From the NCBI GenBank assembly GCA_002778455.1, contig PFCD01000002.1, positions 19,203 through 83,202 on the forward strand: a DNA stretch of 64,000 nucleotides. Direction: 5' to 3'. The notes beneath the pieces are model-generated. The model did not search any database. It had not been told where the DNA came from and was given only the letters and a program-made list of their open reading frames with translations. Shown here piece by piece: positions 48,667-57,150 of this stretch. Every line of letters starts with the position of its first letter. The first letter of the stretch is position 1. Made by a program: the position numbers and the translations under genes. This DNA comes from Candidatus Micrarchaeota archaeon CG10_big_fil_rev_8_21_14_0_10_45_29. GTDB taxonomy: Archaea; Micrarchaeota; Micrarchaeia; Anstonellales; Anstonellaceae.

Positions 48667-49638
48667 ATGGCAAACGAAATATCTAATTTTATAAAAACGC
48701 ATTATAAGCACTTTAATGCCGCCACCCTCAAAGACGCGGCAGAAGGCTACAAAAAGCACATTGAGGCGGGCGGAAAAATGATGGTGACTCTTGCAGGCGC
48801 CATGAGCACAGCAGAATTGGGCATCTCATTGGCCGAAATGATACGCGCAGGAAAAGTGCATGCCATCTCCTGCACCGGCGCGAATTTGGAGGAGGATTTA
48901 TTCAACCTTGTTGCAAACAAATCCTACAAGCGCATCCCAAATTACCGCGACCTAACTCCGGCAGATGAGCAAAAGCTTCTTGATTCTCATTTAAACCGCG
49001 TCACAGACACCTGCATTCCCGAAGAGGAAGCGATGAGAAAAATAGAGGCAGTAGTGCTTCGCAGATGGATGAAAACCGAGGCAAACGACAACCGCCTTTT
49101 TCCGCACGAATATTTATACAACATAATAAAATCAGGCGAGCTTGAAGCAGGTTATGATATTGAAAAGAAAAATTCCTGGCTTGTTGCGGCGGCGGAAAAG
49201 GATTTGCCAATTTTCATAGGCGGCTGGGAGGATTCCACATTAGGCAATTTCTTTGTCTCAAATTTCATAAAAAACAAAATAGATAAAATGACTCACATGA
49301 AAACCGGGCTTGAATATATGAAAGAGCTTGTAGACTGGTACCAAAAAGAGAGCGCAGGGCACTCAATAGGCTTTTTCCAAATCGGCGGCGGAATTGCAGG
49401 CGATTTTCCAATTTGCGTGGTCCCGCTTATTGAGCAGGATTTGCAAAAAAACGTGCGAAAATGGGGCTATTTCTGCCAAGTTTCCGACTCCACCACCTCA
49501 TACGGCTCATATTCGGGCGCAGTGCCGAATGAGAAAATCACCTGGGGCAAATTAGGGGTAGAAACCCCGCGCTACATAATAGAGAGCGATGCAACCATTG
49601 TGGCGCCGCTAATATTTGCCTATGTTCTAGGCTGGTAG
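48667..49638 (+). CDS. dys: Deoxyhypusine synthase
   Basis: TLAGAMSTAE, ISCTGANLEED, GGG.AGDF and WGK motifs. Confidence 0.9.
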   Translation: MANEISNFIKTHYKHFNAATLKDAAEGYKKHIEAGGKMMVTLAGAMSTAELGISLAEMIRAGKVHAISCTGANLEEDLFNLVANKSYKRIPNYRDLTPADEQKLLDSHLNRVTDTCIPEEEAMRKIEAVVLRRWMKTEANDNRLFPHEYLYNIIKSGELEAGYDIEKKNSWLVAAAEKDLPIFIGGWEDSTLGNFFVSNFIKNKIDKMTHMKTGLEYMKELVDWYQKESAGHSIGFFQIGGGIAGDFPICVVPLIEQDLQKNVRKWGYFCQVSDSTTSYGSYSGAVPNEKITWGKLGVETPRYIIESDATIVAPLIFAYVLGW

Positions 49639-49747
49639 GCGCCAAATATATTTGCATATGCCTTAGAAGGATATACCCCGCATTTGCCTATGCGCCCGGC
49701 TGCTGGAAAATAGACATTTTTTCACTTATGCAATTGAGGGATTATTT

Positions 49748-50014
49748 TCACAGCCCCGCAAAATCCGCAGCCATTTTCCCTTTAGGAAAGAATTTTCCCG
49801 CCACTCCCCATACAGGCAAATCCATCTCATTTGCAACCCTGAATAATTCCCCTGCATTCACGTTTCTCTCAACTTTTAAAAACGGCACAACAATATCCCC
49901 TATTTTCTCTCTCACAACCTTAAATTCAAAGCGCTGGCGCATCCCTGAGTGCAAAACAAGAATTTCTGCCTTTCCCTCTTTTAATATTTTTTTCCTGCCT
50001 ATTTTCTCATCCAT
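49748..50014 (-). CDS. Hypothetical protein (88 aa)
   Basis: ORF only. Co-directional with the two upstream small genes. Confidence 0.4.
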   Translation of the reverse strand: MDEKIGRKKILKEGKAEILVLHSGMRQRFEFKVVREKIGDIVVPFLKVERNVNAGELFRVANEMDLPVWGVAGKFFPKGKMAADFAGL

Positions 50015-50023
50015 AAAATTCCC

Positions 50024-50299
50024 TCACTCAAATATGTAAACAACATAAACCCTTTTCCCCGCATCATCTTTTTCCAGCTTTATTTCCGCCTTTATGCCCT
50101 GCTTTGCGTATTTTTCCGCCTCCTCTTTGGCAGAATTTGCATAAGGCGTCACATACACCACGCGCTTGCCGTGCTTCCCTGCCCCGAATTTTTTCGGGCG
50201 CATAGGAACAGCAGGTTTTTGCGTAAGCCTTCCTCTCACGGCCTCCCGCCTCTCATCCCTTTGCTTTACCCCGTGCTTTCTTGAATACAAATCAGGCAT
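50024..50299 (-). CDS. Hypothetical basic protein (91 aa)
   Basis: ATG at 50299 (MPDLYSRKHG...). Arg/Lys-rich N-half. No motif recognised. Confidence 0.4.
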   Translation of the reverse strand: MPDLYSRKHGVKQRDERREAVRGRLTQKPAVPMRPKKFGAGKHGKRVVYVTPYANSAKEEAEKYAKQGIKAEIKLEKDDAGKRVYVVYIFE

Positions 50300-50413
50300 A
50301 ACAAAACCCTTTTTCAAATTTTAATTTTTCCCGCATTTTTAACTTTTTTTGCATTTTTAACGCTTATGCTTTTTCTGTTTTATTTAACCTTTTTTACCTC
50401 TTTTTTCATTATT

Positions 50414-50839
50414 TTATTTCTTTCCAGCCCTGCCTTTTTTTATTTCTCTCTCCTTTGCCCCTATCGTTTTATTTAGCTTTTTTATAAGCGCATCAATTTG
50501 CTTATCACTCATCCCGTGCGCAGCGCATCCCTCATATAGCGTCTCAAACCCTGCCGCCGGGCACCCAACGCAATGCATCCCTGCCTCCATCAAATCTGCC
50601 GCCAATTGCGGATACTTCAAAATAATTAGCTCAATAAGGCTATCCCGTTCTATTTTCACAAGATTTTTAAGCGCGCCCGCACCTTTCAAATTTGAAAATT
50701 CAATTTGCGAATATTTCACGTCTCCTCCTCTTTTCTCTTTCGGCTCAATCAACGGCACGCTAATGGAATTTTTGCCCTTTTTTTCTTTTTTCTTTTCCGT
50801 TTTCTTCCCTTCTTTTCCCATGCTAAAATTTAGACGCAT
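50414..50839 (-). CDS. DUF1858-type redox-disulfide domain protein with Lys-rich N-terminus
   Basis: AGMHCVGCPAAGFETLYEGCAAHG matches the hybrid-cluster-associated disulfide motif. Confidence 0.6.
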   Translation of the reverse strand: MRLNFSMGKEGKKTEKKKEKKGKNSISVPLIEPKEKRGGDVKYSQIEFSNLKGAGALKNLVKIERDSLIELIILKYPQLAADLMEAGMHCVGCPAAGFETLYEGCAAHGMSDKQIDALIKKLNKTIGAKEREIKKGRAGKK

Positions 50840-50914
50840 CCCTTTTTATACTCCCCTCTGCCAAATAAGTGTATAAATGCTTAAAATTAAAATTAAAAAT
50901 AAGCGCGTGATTTT

Positions 50915-51319
50915 TTGAAGAGCTATGAAGAACTTTTAAAAAATGCAAAAAAGAACCTTCCGGACAAAATGCAGGGGGGCGAGAGGTTCGAGCCTCCGAG
51001 AGCAAGGGTGCAGCTGCAGGGAAGCAAGGCAATAATACAAAATTTTGACATAATCTGCCAAAAGCTCAGGCGCGACCCTAAATTTTTGGCAAAATACCTT
51101 GGAAAAGAATTGGCGGTGCCAAGCGCGATAGACGGGCCCCGGCTTATTTTGCACGGCAAAATATATGAGAGGCAAATTAACGAGCGGCTTTCAAATTTCA
51201 TAAAAGCATATGTTATATGCAACGAATGCTCCCGCCCGGATACAAAAATAGTTGAAAGCGGAAGCGGAGTAAAAATGCTTGTGTGCGAGGCGTGCGGAGC
51301 GCGCGCGCCCGCAAAATAA
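50915..51319 (+). CDS. eif2b: Translation initiation factor aIF2 beta subunit (TTG start)
   Basis: YEELLKNA..., central helix-turn-helix region and C-terminal zinc ribbon CNECSRPDT...CEACGA. Confidence 0.9.
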   Translation: MKSYEELLKNAKKNLPDKMQGGERFEPPRARVQLQGSKAIIQNFDIICQKLRRDPKFLAKYLGKELAVPSAIDGPRLILHGKIYERQINERLSNFIKAYVICNECSRPDTKIVESGSGVKMLVCEACGARAPAK

Positions 51320-51328
51320 GGTGAATAT

Positions 51329-51697
51329 ATGCCAAAGCCAAGAGGACGAGGAAGAGGAGGGGGCGGATACCACGGCGGGCAGGGCGGGCACAGAAAAGGC
51401 GGGCCGGTTCCAGAAGGCCCGATTCGCGTGCGCCTGCCCCGCGAAGGTGAGATGCTTGGCACCGTAATTCAAACCGTTGGCGGAGGGCGCCTGCAGGTGC
51501 AATGCAAAGACGGCAAGGAAAGAATGTGCCGCATCCCGGGCAAAATAAGGCGCAACATCTGGGTGCGCCCCGGCGACATCGTGCTCATTAAGCCATGGGA
51601 TATTCAGGGCGACACAAAAGCCGACGTTGTGTGGCGCTATAACTATTTGCAGGCAAACTGGCTGCGCGAGCGCGGGCACCTTGACGGCATGCAGTAA
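51329..51697 (+). CDS. eif1a: Translation initiation factor aIF1A with Arg/Gly-rich N-terminal tail
   Basis: OB fold RVRLPREGEMLG.V....GGGRL.V.C.DG..R.CRIPGK.RR.IWV..GD.VL..PW. N-terminus is MPKPRGRGRGGGGYHGGQGGHRKG. Confidence 0.93.
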   Translation: MPKPRGRGRGGGGYHGGQGGHRKGGPVPEGPIRVRLPREGEMLGTVIQTVGGGRLQVQCKDGKERMCRIPGKIRRNIWVRPGDIVLIKPWDIQGDTKADVVWRYNYLQANWLRERGHLDGMQ

Positions 51698-51763
51698 ATT
51701 TTCTTCTTTTTTGCCAAAGCATTTTCTTTATTAATCTTATCTCCCTCTTCTCTTTTGATATTT

Positions 51764-52075
51764 ATGGACGAAGAAGATGAAAAAATAGACAAAGACGGAA
51801 TAGAATACACCTCTGCCTTAAGAAAAAAAATAAGGGAAAAATACAGCCAGCACATAGTGCTTGAAAATTACAAGCTTTCAAAGAAAAACATGTGGTTTGC
51901 AATCGTGCTCGGCTTTGTGTGCCCCCCTGCCGGCTATGCGTATTTGCACCGCTTTGACTTTATGGCAATGAATATCCTTACCCTAAATTACGGGCTAATA
52001 TTCGGCTTTGCCATAGCTCCTGTGCACATTTACCTTATGCTGCAGGATGCGCATGAGCGCACCAAATGGATTTAA
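51764..52075 (+). CDS. Small membrane protein (103 aa)
   Basis: Acidic N-terminus then two hydrophobic segments. ATG at 51764 (a TTG at 51755 is possible). Confidence 0.45.
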   Translation: MDEEDEKIDKDGIEYTSALRKKIREKYSQHIVLENYKLSKKNMWFAIVLGFVCPPAGYAYLHRFDFMAMNILTLNYGLIFGFAIAPVHIYLMLQDAHERTKWI

Positions 52076-52214
52076 GGAAAAAAATATCTCCCATAAAAAA
52101 CACTAACTTCTTTTCCTAAGCTTAGCCTTTGCTGCAATAAGTTTTTTGCTTTTTCTTTTTTCTAAAATTCGCTTATACTCAAGCTTAATTAACTCACAAA
52201 CCCCTAATTCTTTT

Positions 52215-52919
52215 ATGTCTATGAAGCTCTCAAAGAAAAAGCGCCCCCGCCGAGAGGACAAAATAGCCGATTTGCAATGGCCTTTGGAAGAGGGGGTATT
52301 TGACAGAAATTCACTCCTTACTTTGGAAAAATTTACAAAAAAAGGAATTTTTCGCACCCTTGACTATTGCATCGCAGAGGGAAAAGAGGCAAACATTTAC
52401 CGCGGCACAAACAAAGAAGGCGGGCATGTTGCCATAAAAATGTACCGCCTGCGCTCCCCCTCTTTTTTGCATATGCAAAAATATGTTGAGGGAGACAAGC
52501 GCTTCTCCCACGGGGCGCAAAGCAAGCAGGGGATAATTTTCACCTGGACGCGAAAAGAATTTTCCAACCTGAAGATACTTCATGCGGCAGGGCTTCCCGT
52601 GCCCGAGCCGATAGCATTTAAGCACAACGTATTGGCAATGCAGTTTCTGGGGGAAGAAGGAATCCCCTATTCCCAACTCTGCGAAGTTGGCCCCCAAAAC
52701 CCCAAAAAAGACTATGCAACGCTGAAAAAATTGCTTGAGAAAATGAAAAGGGCGGGAATAGTGCACGCAGATTTTTCAGAATACAACATCTTAACCGATG
52801 GCACAAACTTTTTTATAATAGACGTGGGGCAGGCAGTATTAACAACCCACCCCAACGCCGAGGAATTTTATGAGCGGGATATGAAAAACCTCAAAAAATA
52901 TTTTGCAAAGTTCATTTAA
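52215..52919 (+). CDS. rio: RIO-type serine protein kinase
   Basis: GKEANIY, VAIKMYR, HADFSEYNIL and IIDVGQAV motifs. Confidence 0.9.
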   Translation: MSMKLSKKKRPRREDKIADLQWPLEEGVFDRNSLLTLEKFTKKGIFRTLDYCIAEGKEANIYRGTNKEGGHVAIKMYRLRSPSFLHMQKYVEGDKRFSHGAQSKQGIIFTWTRKEFSNLKILHAAGLPVPEPIAFKHNVLAMQFLGEEGIPYSQLCEVGPQNPKKDYATLKKLLEKMKRAGIVHADFSEYNILTDGTNFFIIDVGQAVLTTHPNAEEFYERDMKNLKKYFAKFI

Positions 52920-52963
52920 GCAAAACACACCTATTTTAAATATTTCACACACATAAATATAGC

Positions 52964-53245
52964 ATGGAAAAACAAGCAGCCATAACAGCAGCCGGCGCAA
53001 AAAAGCCAAATAGCCCTTTCACAAAAGAAAAAACCCTTATCGAACTGTATTTTCTTGCCAACGGCGGCTCGCAAAAAAACGAGAGCCATTACAAAATAGT
53101 GCACCACGGCGCAATAGACAAAATTCCTCCAAAAGGATGGGAAGATTATTCCCCGCACACAAAGAAAAAAAGGCGATACCTTGACACAAGCGAGGATTTA
53201 AACTCAAATATGTGCCGCCTCACGCATGATTTGGAAGACAAATAA
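52964..53245 (+). CDS. Hypothetical protein (93 aa)
   Basis: ORF only. First gene after the drop in GC. Confidence 0.35.
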   Translation: MEKQAAITAAGAKKPNSPFTKEKTLIELYFLANGGSQKNESHYKIVHHGAIDKIPPKGWEDYSPHTKKKRRYLDTSEDLNSNMCRLTHDLEDK

Positions 53246-53301
53246 TTTTTTTCCCAAAAATTTTACACAGCTTTAAATATTTGTGCCCGGTAAACAATTA
53301 C

Positions 53302-54141
53302 ATGAGTTTTGCCAAGCCGGAAATTATACAAAAGTGCACAAAAAAAATTGACGGCGCCCGGCAAACTACTTTTAACAACCATAAATACCCCGAAGTTTAC
53401 TGCCAGCTGATAAAGAACATAAAAAACAGGAATTCTGACAGGAGTCCCCCATTCCGGCATTTTCTCCCCGTCTTTGAAGAATTGCGCCAGGATAGGGAAA
53501 AAAAGCCGGCTGACTTTTTATACACTATGGATTTCCTGCTCAAAGGAATCGCCGAAATAAATTCCAACTATCTTACTGATTACAATAAGGTTATTGTGGA
53601 TTGCATCAGAAACGCCACAAAATCTTATGTAGACAATAAAGGGGTGGAGCATTTTGCACAGCGCGCCAAGAAGCTGCAAACGCTGACAATGCTTGCAAAA
53701 AGCGAGCTTTATGCAAAAAATAAATTCTGCAGGTATGTATTGGGCATAAAAGAGGATATAATACAAGAGGCAGAAAAACTTTTTCAGGTTCTAAAAGAGA
53801 AGAGCTACAGCCGCTCGAATGAGCTTAAGGGCTTTGTCCCTCAAAACGGCAGCCCCTTAAATGAAATCGCTCAACGAAATTTCAGCTTTGAGAAATATTT
53901 TGCAGAAATAAAAGAAACACCCATCCCAGATTCCGGGGAGAAAAAAACAATGGTTGCAAGCGACATAATGCTTTATTTTGACATAGCAATACCTCGCCTA
54001 AAAACAATAGGCAAAGAATACAATGAAAATTCTTATGCAGACCAGGTTTTCTCCTGCACTTTTGATTGCATGGAAACAATTTACGCCGGGCTTTACATTT
54101 CATTTGACGCGGGAAAAGAGATCATGTACCCATATACATAA
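53302..54141 (+). CDS. Hypothetical protein (279 aa)
   Basis: Long ORF with no recognised motif. ATG at 53302 (a TTG at 53281 is possible). Confidence 0.5.
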   Translation: MSFAKPEIIQKCTKKIDGARQTTFNNHKYPEVYCQLIKNIKNRNSDRSPPFRHFLPVFEELRQDREKKPADFLYTMDFLLKGIAEINSNYLTDYNKVIVDCIRNATKSYVDNKGVEHFAQRAKKLQTLTMLAKSELYAKNKFCRYVLGIKEDIIQEAEKLFQVLKEKSYSRSNELKGFVPQNGSPLNEIAQRNFSFEKYFAEIKETPIPDSGEKKTMVASDIMLYFDIAIPRLKTIGKEYNENSYADQVFSCTFDCMETIYAGLYISFDAGKEIMYPYT

Positions 54142-54185
54142 GCTGTTACTGCTCTTTTTAAATTTTTCAAAGCATAAATAATTCT

Positions 54186-54413
54186 ATGGTGCATCCGGGT
54201 TTTGCAGCGGCGGCTGCGCAGGCATTCAAAAATTTTTGGGGCAAAAAGCCCAAGCATAAGGTAAAGGACTCATTTTTTCATCGTTTTATGGCAAACAGGC
54301 GCGCCAAAAAATTGCATAAAGAGAGGGAAAAACTCAGGGAAGAAACCAAAAACTTTGAAATAGCCAAGCTTCCTCCAGATATGCTTGAATTGCCTAAAAA
54401 TGAGCATAAATAA
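54186..54413 (+). CDS. Small basic hypothetical protein (75 aa)
   Basis: Lys/Arg-rich helical sequence. Followed by the post-stop motif copy at 54416-54434. Confidence 0.4.
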   Translation: MVHPGFAAAAAQAFKNFWGKKPKHKVKDSFFHRFMANRRAKKLHKEREKLREETKNFEIAKLPPDMLELPKNEHK

Positions 54414-54415
54414 AT

Positions 54416-54434
54416 ATTCTTTTAGTAAAACTAA
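54416..54434 (+). repeat. Post-stop 19-nt motif, copy 1 (ATTCTTTTAGTAAAACTAA)
   Basis: Starts 2 nt after the TAA of 54186..54413. Confidence 0.8.
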
Positions 54435-54517
54435 TACTATATTAGTATAGTATATTTACTAATACCTATTTAGTCACACCAATAAAGTATTAGTATTTAC
54501 ACTTATACAAGAAATAG

Positions 54518-54536
54518 TTAGAATTACTAAAAGAAT
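54518..54536 (-). repeat. Post-stop 19-nt motif, copy 2 (ATTCTTTTAGTAATTCTAA on minus strand)
   Basis: Starts 7 nt after the TAA of 54544..54822. Confidence 0.8.
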
Positions 54537-54543
54537 ATTAGAA

Positions 54544-54822
54544 TTATTTTAAATCACGTGTTTTTGACATGATTTTAATATAATTGGATTCCACATTAAA
54601 GCTAAGCACCCAATTGCACAAGGTTTTTTTCATGCCCATACCTACATATTCCCTTTGATGCTCGCATTTTCCCTTATAAAGGCATTCTTCAAAAAGAGGC
54701 AGCTTCTCTATAGCCCTTCCGTAATTCGCGCCTCCGGGGCAGGGTTTTGCCACTACCGGGCTAGTAATAGGTTTAAGCATATTCAACTCTTTTGAAGAAT
54801 CATGCTTAAAATACTTTGCCAA
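54544..54822 (-). CDS. Hypothetical protein (92 aa, TTG start; alternative ATG at codon 15)
   Basis: ORF with four Cys. No recognised motif. Confidence 0.4.
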   Translation of the reverse strand: MAKYFKHDSSKELNMLKPITSPVVAKPCPGGANYGRAIEKLPLFEECLYKGKCEHQREYVGMGMKKTLCNWVLSFNVESNYIKIMSKTRDLK

Positions 54823-54834
54823 AACTAAAATATA

Positions 54835-54853
54835 TTAGAAAAACCAAAAGAAT
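54835..54853 (-). repeat. Post-stop 19-nt motif, copy 3 (ATTCTTTTGGTTTTTCTAA on minus strand)
   Basis: Starts 6 nt after the TAA of 54860..55582. Confidence 0.8.
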
Positions 54854-54859
54854 ATTAGC

Positions 54860-55582
54860 TTAATAATTTTTTACAATCTTTTTTGCCTCGTCGTATGCAT
54901 CAAGTTTTTTGCCAATATTTGCAATTCTTAGAGAATAAGCATAACCCGCCCCGTAGCGGAAAATGGTTTTTAGCCCCTTTATTCCTATTACCCCAATGCC
55001 AATATAAAGAGCCCGATAACCCACCTCACCCATGACACCGGTCAGGCGGTTGCAGCCCCCAAGAATAATGCCTGTCAATCCTACCGCCCAGCCCAGTGCC
55101 CGGAACTCTGCAAGCCGATAATCATCAAAAAGCCCCCTCCAGCTCTCCTGTCTTATTTCAAGATTTTCTTTTCTTGCTTTAATAGTTTCAATGCTTTTTT
55201 CAACCTCAGGAATATTTGCTATTTCAGCAGCCAGCTCAGTGCACTTTTTCTTATAAGGAGCTATGGCAATATCATAATCTGATTCAGAAACACCAATATT
55301 ATACAAAGCTTGCCTTGCCTTGTAATATGCTTTATCTATTTCATCAAATTCTTTTAATTTTTTTATTACATACTTATCATGTTTTTTCTGCAATTTCCAC
55401 GCATCTGCAGAATTTTTGATTTCTTTTCTTTTTTCCGCCCTTTCAAGCCGTTTTTCTTTTGCCATTGTTTTCCTGGCCAATTTTTGCAAAGCATTTGCAT
55501 GATTGCAGCTAACAGAAATTTCATTACTTTTTGAAAAATACATTGTTTTCACGCGCTGCAAAATAGGTCCCATATTAATCAC
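54860..55582 (-). CDS. Coiled-coil protein with C-terminal glycine-zipper-like membrane segments
   Basis: K/E-rich helical N-part, then WAVGLTGIILGGCNRLTGVMGEVGYRALYIGIGVIGIKG. Confidence 0.5.
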   Translation of the reverse strand: MINMGPILQRVKTMYFSKSNEISVSCNHANALQKLARKTMAKEKRLERAEKRKEIKNSADAWKLQKKHDKYVIKKLKEFDEIDKAYYKARQALYNIGVSESDYDIAIAPYKKKCTELAAEIANIPEVEKSIETIKARKENLEIRQESWRGLFDDYRLAEFRALGWAVGLTGIILGGCNRLTGVMGEVGYRALYIGIGVIGIKGLKTIFRYGAGYAYSLRIANIGKKLDAYDEAKKIVKNY

Positions 55583-55686
55583 TTGTTTTCAATAGTAAAT
55601 TTATGTGTATTCTCCTTTATATTTGTTGCCTATCGTCAATATTTTTCCTAAAAAGCTTTATATTCTACTATTTGCTATAACAATAT

Positions 55687-56229
55687 ATGCTGCTTAAACA
55701 AAAGGATTTAGCTTCCGGCATAAAAAAAGATTCTCCTACACTAGTATACAAATTCTCAAGGTTCAACGCTTTGACTGAATATGCCACAAAGAAAACGTCA
55801 GACAAGGGGCGAGTTTCTGACTCTGATTTTCGCAAAATGGCTGCCTTTCTTATTTCAAATGTTTCACACCAGGTAAAGCACCTGGAAGGCCTCTCTGATG
55901 ATGAAATTAAGGCATTTAAGCAACTAATGTTCTTGCCGTGGGAAAATAAATGCCCAAGAACAATATTTGATTTAGGCGGACCGGGAGATATAGATAATGC
56001 CATAAATATTAATTACAAGAAAATTCTTTTAGAAAAAACCTCAAAAATTGAAAAAGAGAAAGTAAAAACATTTTTTATGACATTTTTTGAAATTATGCAA
56101 CAATTAGATTCAAACCACCATGGACTGCTTGATAATGATGACCCAAAACACCAAACTTACCAGGCATTTGCCTGTGTTGCATTAGTTTCTGCCCGTTTTA
56201 TGCGAATTGCCATAACTTCTACGACGTAA
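55687..56229 (+). CDS. Hypothetical protein (180 aa)
   Basis: ORF only. Followed by the hairpin TTGCTCA/TGAGCAA at 56253-56278. Confidence 0.45.
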   Translation: MLLKQKDLASGIKKDSPTLVYKFSRFNALTEYATKKTSDKGRVSDSDFRKMAAFLISNVSHQVKHLEGLSDDEIKAFKQLMFLPWENKCPRTIFDLGGPGDIDNAININYKKILLEKTSKIEKEKVKTFFMTFFEIMQQLDSNHHGLLDNDDPKHQTYQAFACVALVSARFMRIAITSTT

Positions 56230-56338
56230 AACTTCATGAATGGCATAATCTATTGCTCACAGGGTAGCCCTTGAGCAAGAAAAGTAGTGTGTTTTTGCCT
56301 CTCTTTTTTGCTTACAAAATGAGCAAAAAACAGCTATA

Positions 56339-56563
56339 GTAAACCAGCACATACACTTACTTACTGCTTTGGTAAACCGGCATTAATTTAGCATGCCAAA
56401 GCCCAGGGCCGCAAAAAACTGATGGTTTACAATTACAATATTGAGCTGGCTATGTGGCAGATGCAATCTGGCTTAAACGCGCGAAGTTTTGAAATAGCCG
56501 GGAATTAGATGTTTTGCTATGGTTTTGGGTACTGGTATGATGTTTTGGAGGTGGGGGGTTTAC
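56339..56563. repeat. Four GTAAACC/GGTTTAC boxes in a 350-bp non-coding gap
   Basis: GTAAACC at 56339-56345 and 56372-56378. GGTTTAC at 56424-56430 and 56557-56563. Confidence 0.8.
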
Positions 56564-56579
56564 TGAGAAGGTAAAATAA

Positions 56580-57023
56580 TTAAAGAAATTGCTTCAATCT
56601 GGAAAACTCGTTATCTCCGGCGTTTGTTAAAGTCCAGCCTTTTTCTTTATAAAATTTGAAATATTCTTTTTTCTTGCTAGCCAAGATGGCGCTTATCCTT
56701 TGCGGATGCAAACCCCCAGAATACCCTAATCTTTTGCATGCAAGATATACTTCCTTGGACGATTTCAGATTAAGCGTTCCTATCACCAAAACTAACTGTT
56801 GCCAACCATGCAGTTCTTTAGGCAGAATCAATTCTTCTGCGAGTGTTGTTTTGTCTAGCTTATTTAGAAGATTCAGACGCCTGGTCTCAAGATCCAGCTC
56901 TTTGGTAGTTGTAGCTGTTCTTACCCTTATTGCAGTTTCAATTCGGCCATGAGACACTTTAGTCCGGGCAACTGCATCACTTTTTGTTTTGTCATTGAAG
57001 TTTTTTGCTTCATTCTTGACCAT
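56580..57023 (-). CDS. Hypothetical protein (147 aa), possible C-terminal winged-helix
   Basis: ORF only. The wHTH impression comes from EVYLACKRLGYSGGLHPQRISAILA. Confidence 0.4.
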   Translation of the reverse strand: MVKNEAKNFNDKTKSDAVARTKVSHGRIETAIRVRTATTTKELDLETRRLNLLNKLDKTTLAEELILPKELHGWQQLVLVIGTLNLKSSKEVYLACKRLGYSGGLHPQRISAILASKKKEYFKFYKEKGWTLTNAGDNEFSRLKQFL

Positions 57024-57125
57024 ATAATTCCTAAATGCTTTTAGAGGATATAAATCTATCTAAGCTAAGAGAGTATTAGCTTTTCTAATACGTTATATAA
57101 ATATGCTAGTAATACTAGTAATCTT

Positions 57126-57144
57126 TTAGAAAAACTAAAAGAAT
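57126..57144 (-). repeat. Post-stop 19-nt motif, copy 4 (ATTCTTTTAGTTTTTCTAA on minus strand)
   Basis: Starts 6 nt after the TAA of the GNAT gene. It forms the hairpin CTTTTAG-TTTTT-CTAAAAG. Confidence 0.8.
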
Positions 57145-57150
57145 TACTTA

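Larger units (their letters stand above)
54414..54543. repeat. AT-rich ~130-bp imperfect palindrome between convergent genes
   Basis: Ends are inverted copies (ATATTCTTTTAGTAAAACTAA ... TTAGAATTACTAAAAGAATAT). The interior holds four TACTAATAC/GTATTAGTA boxes in alternating orientation. Confidence 0.85.

Noticed and set aside
56537-56566. C-box-like ATGATGT and D-box CTGA suggesting a C/D box sRNA
   Set aside because: The boxes are only ~19 nt apart, with no internal D'/C' pair and no terminal stem. This is too short for a C/D sRNA.
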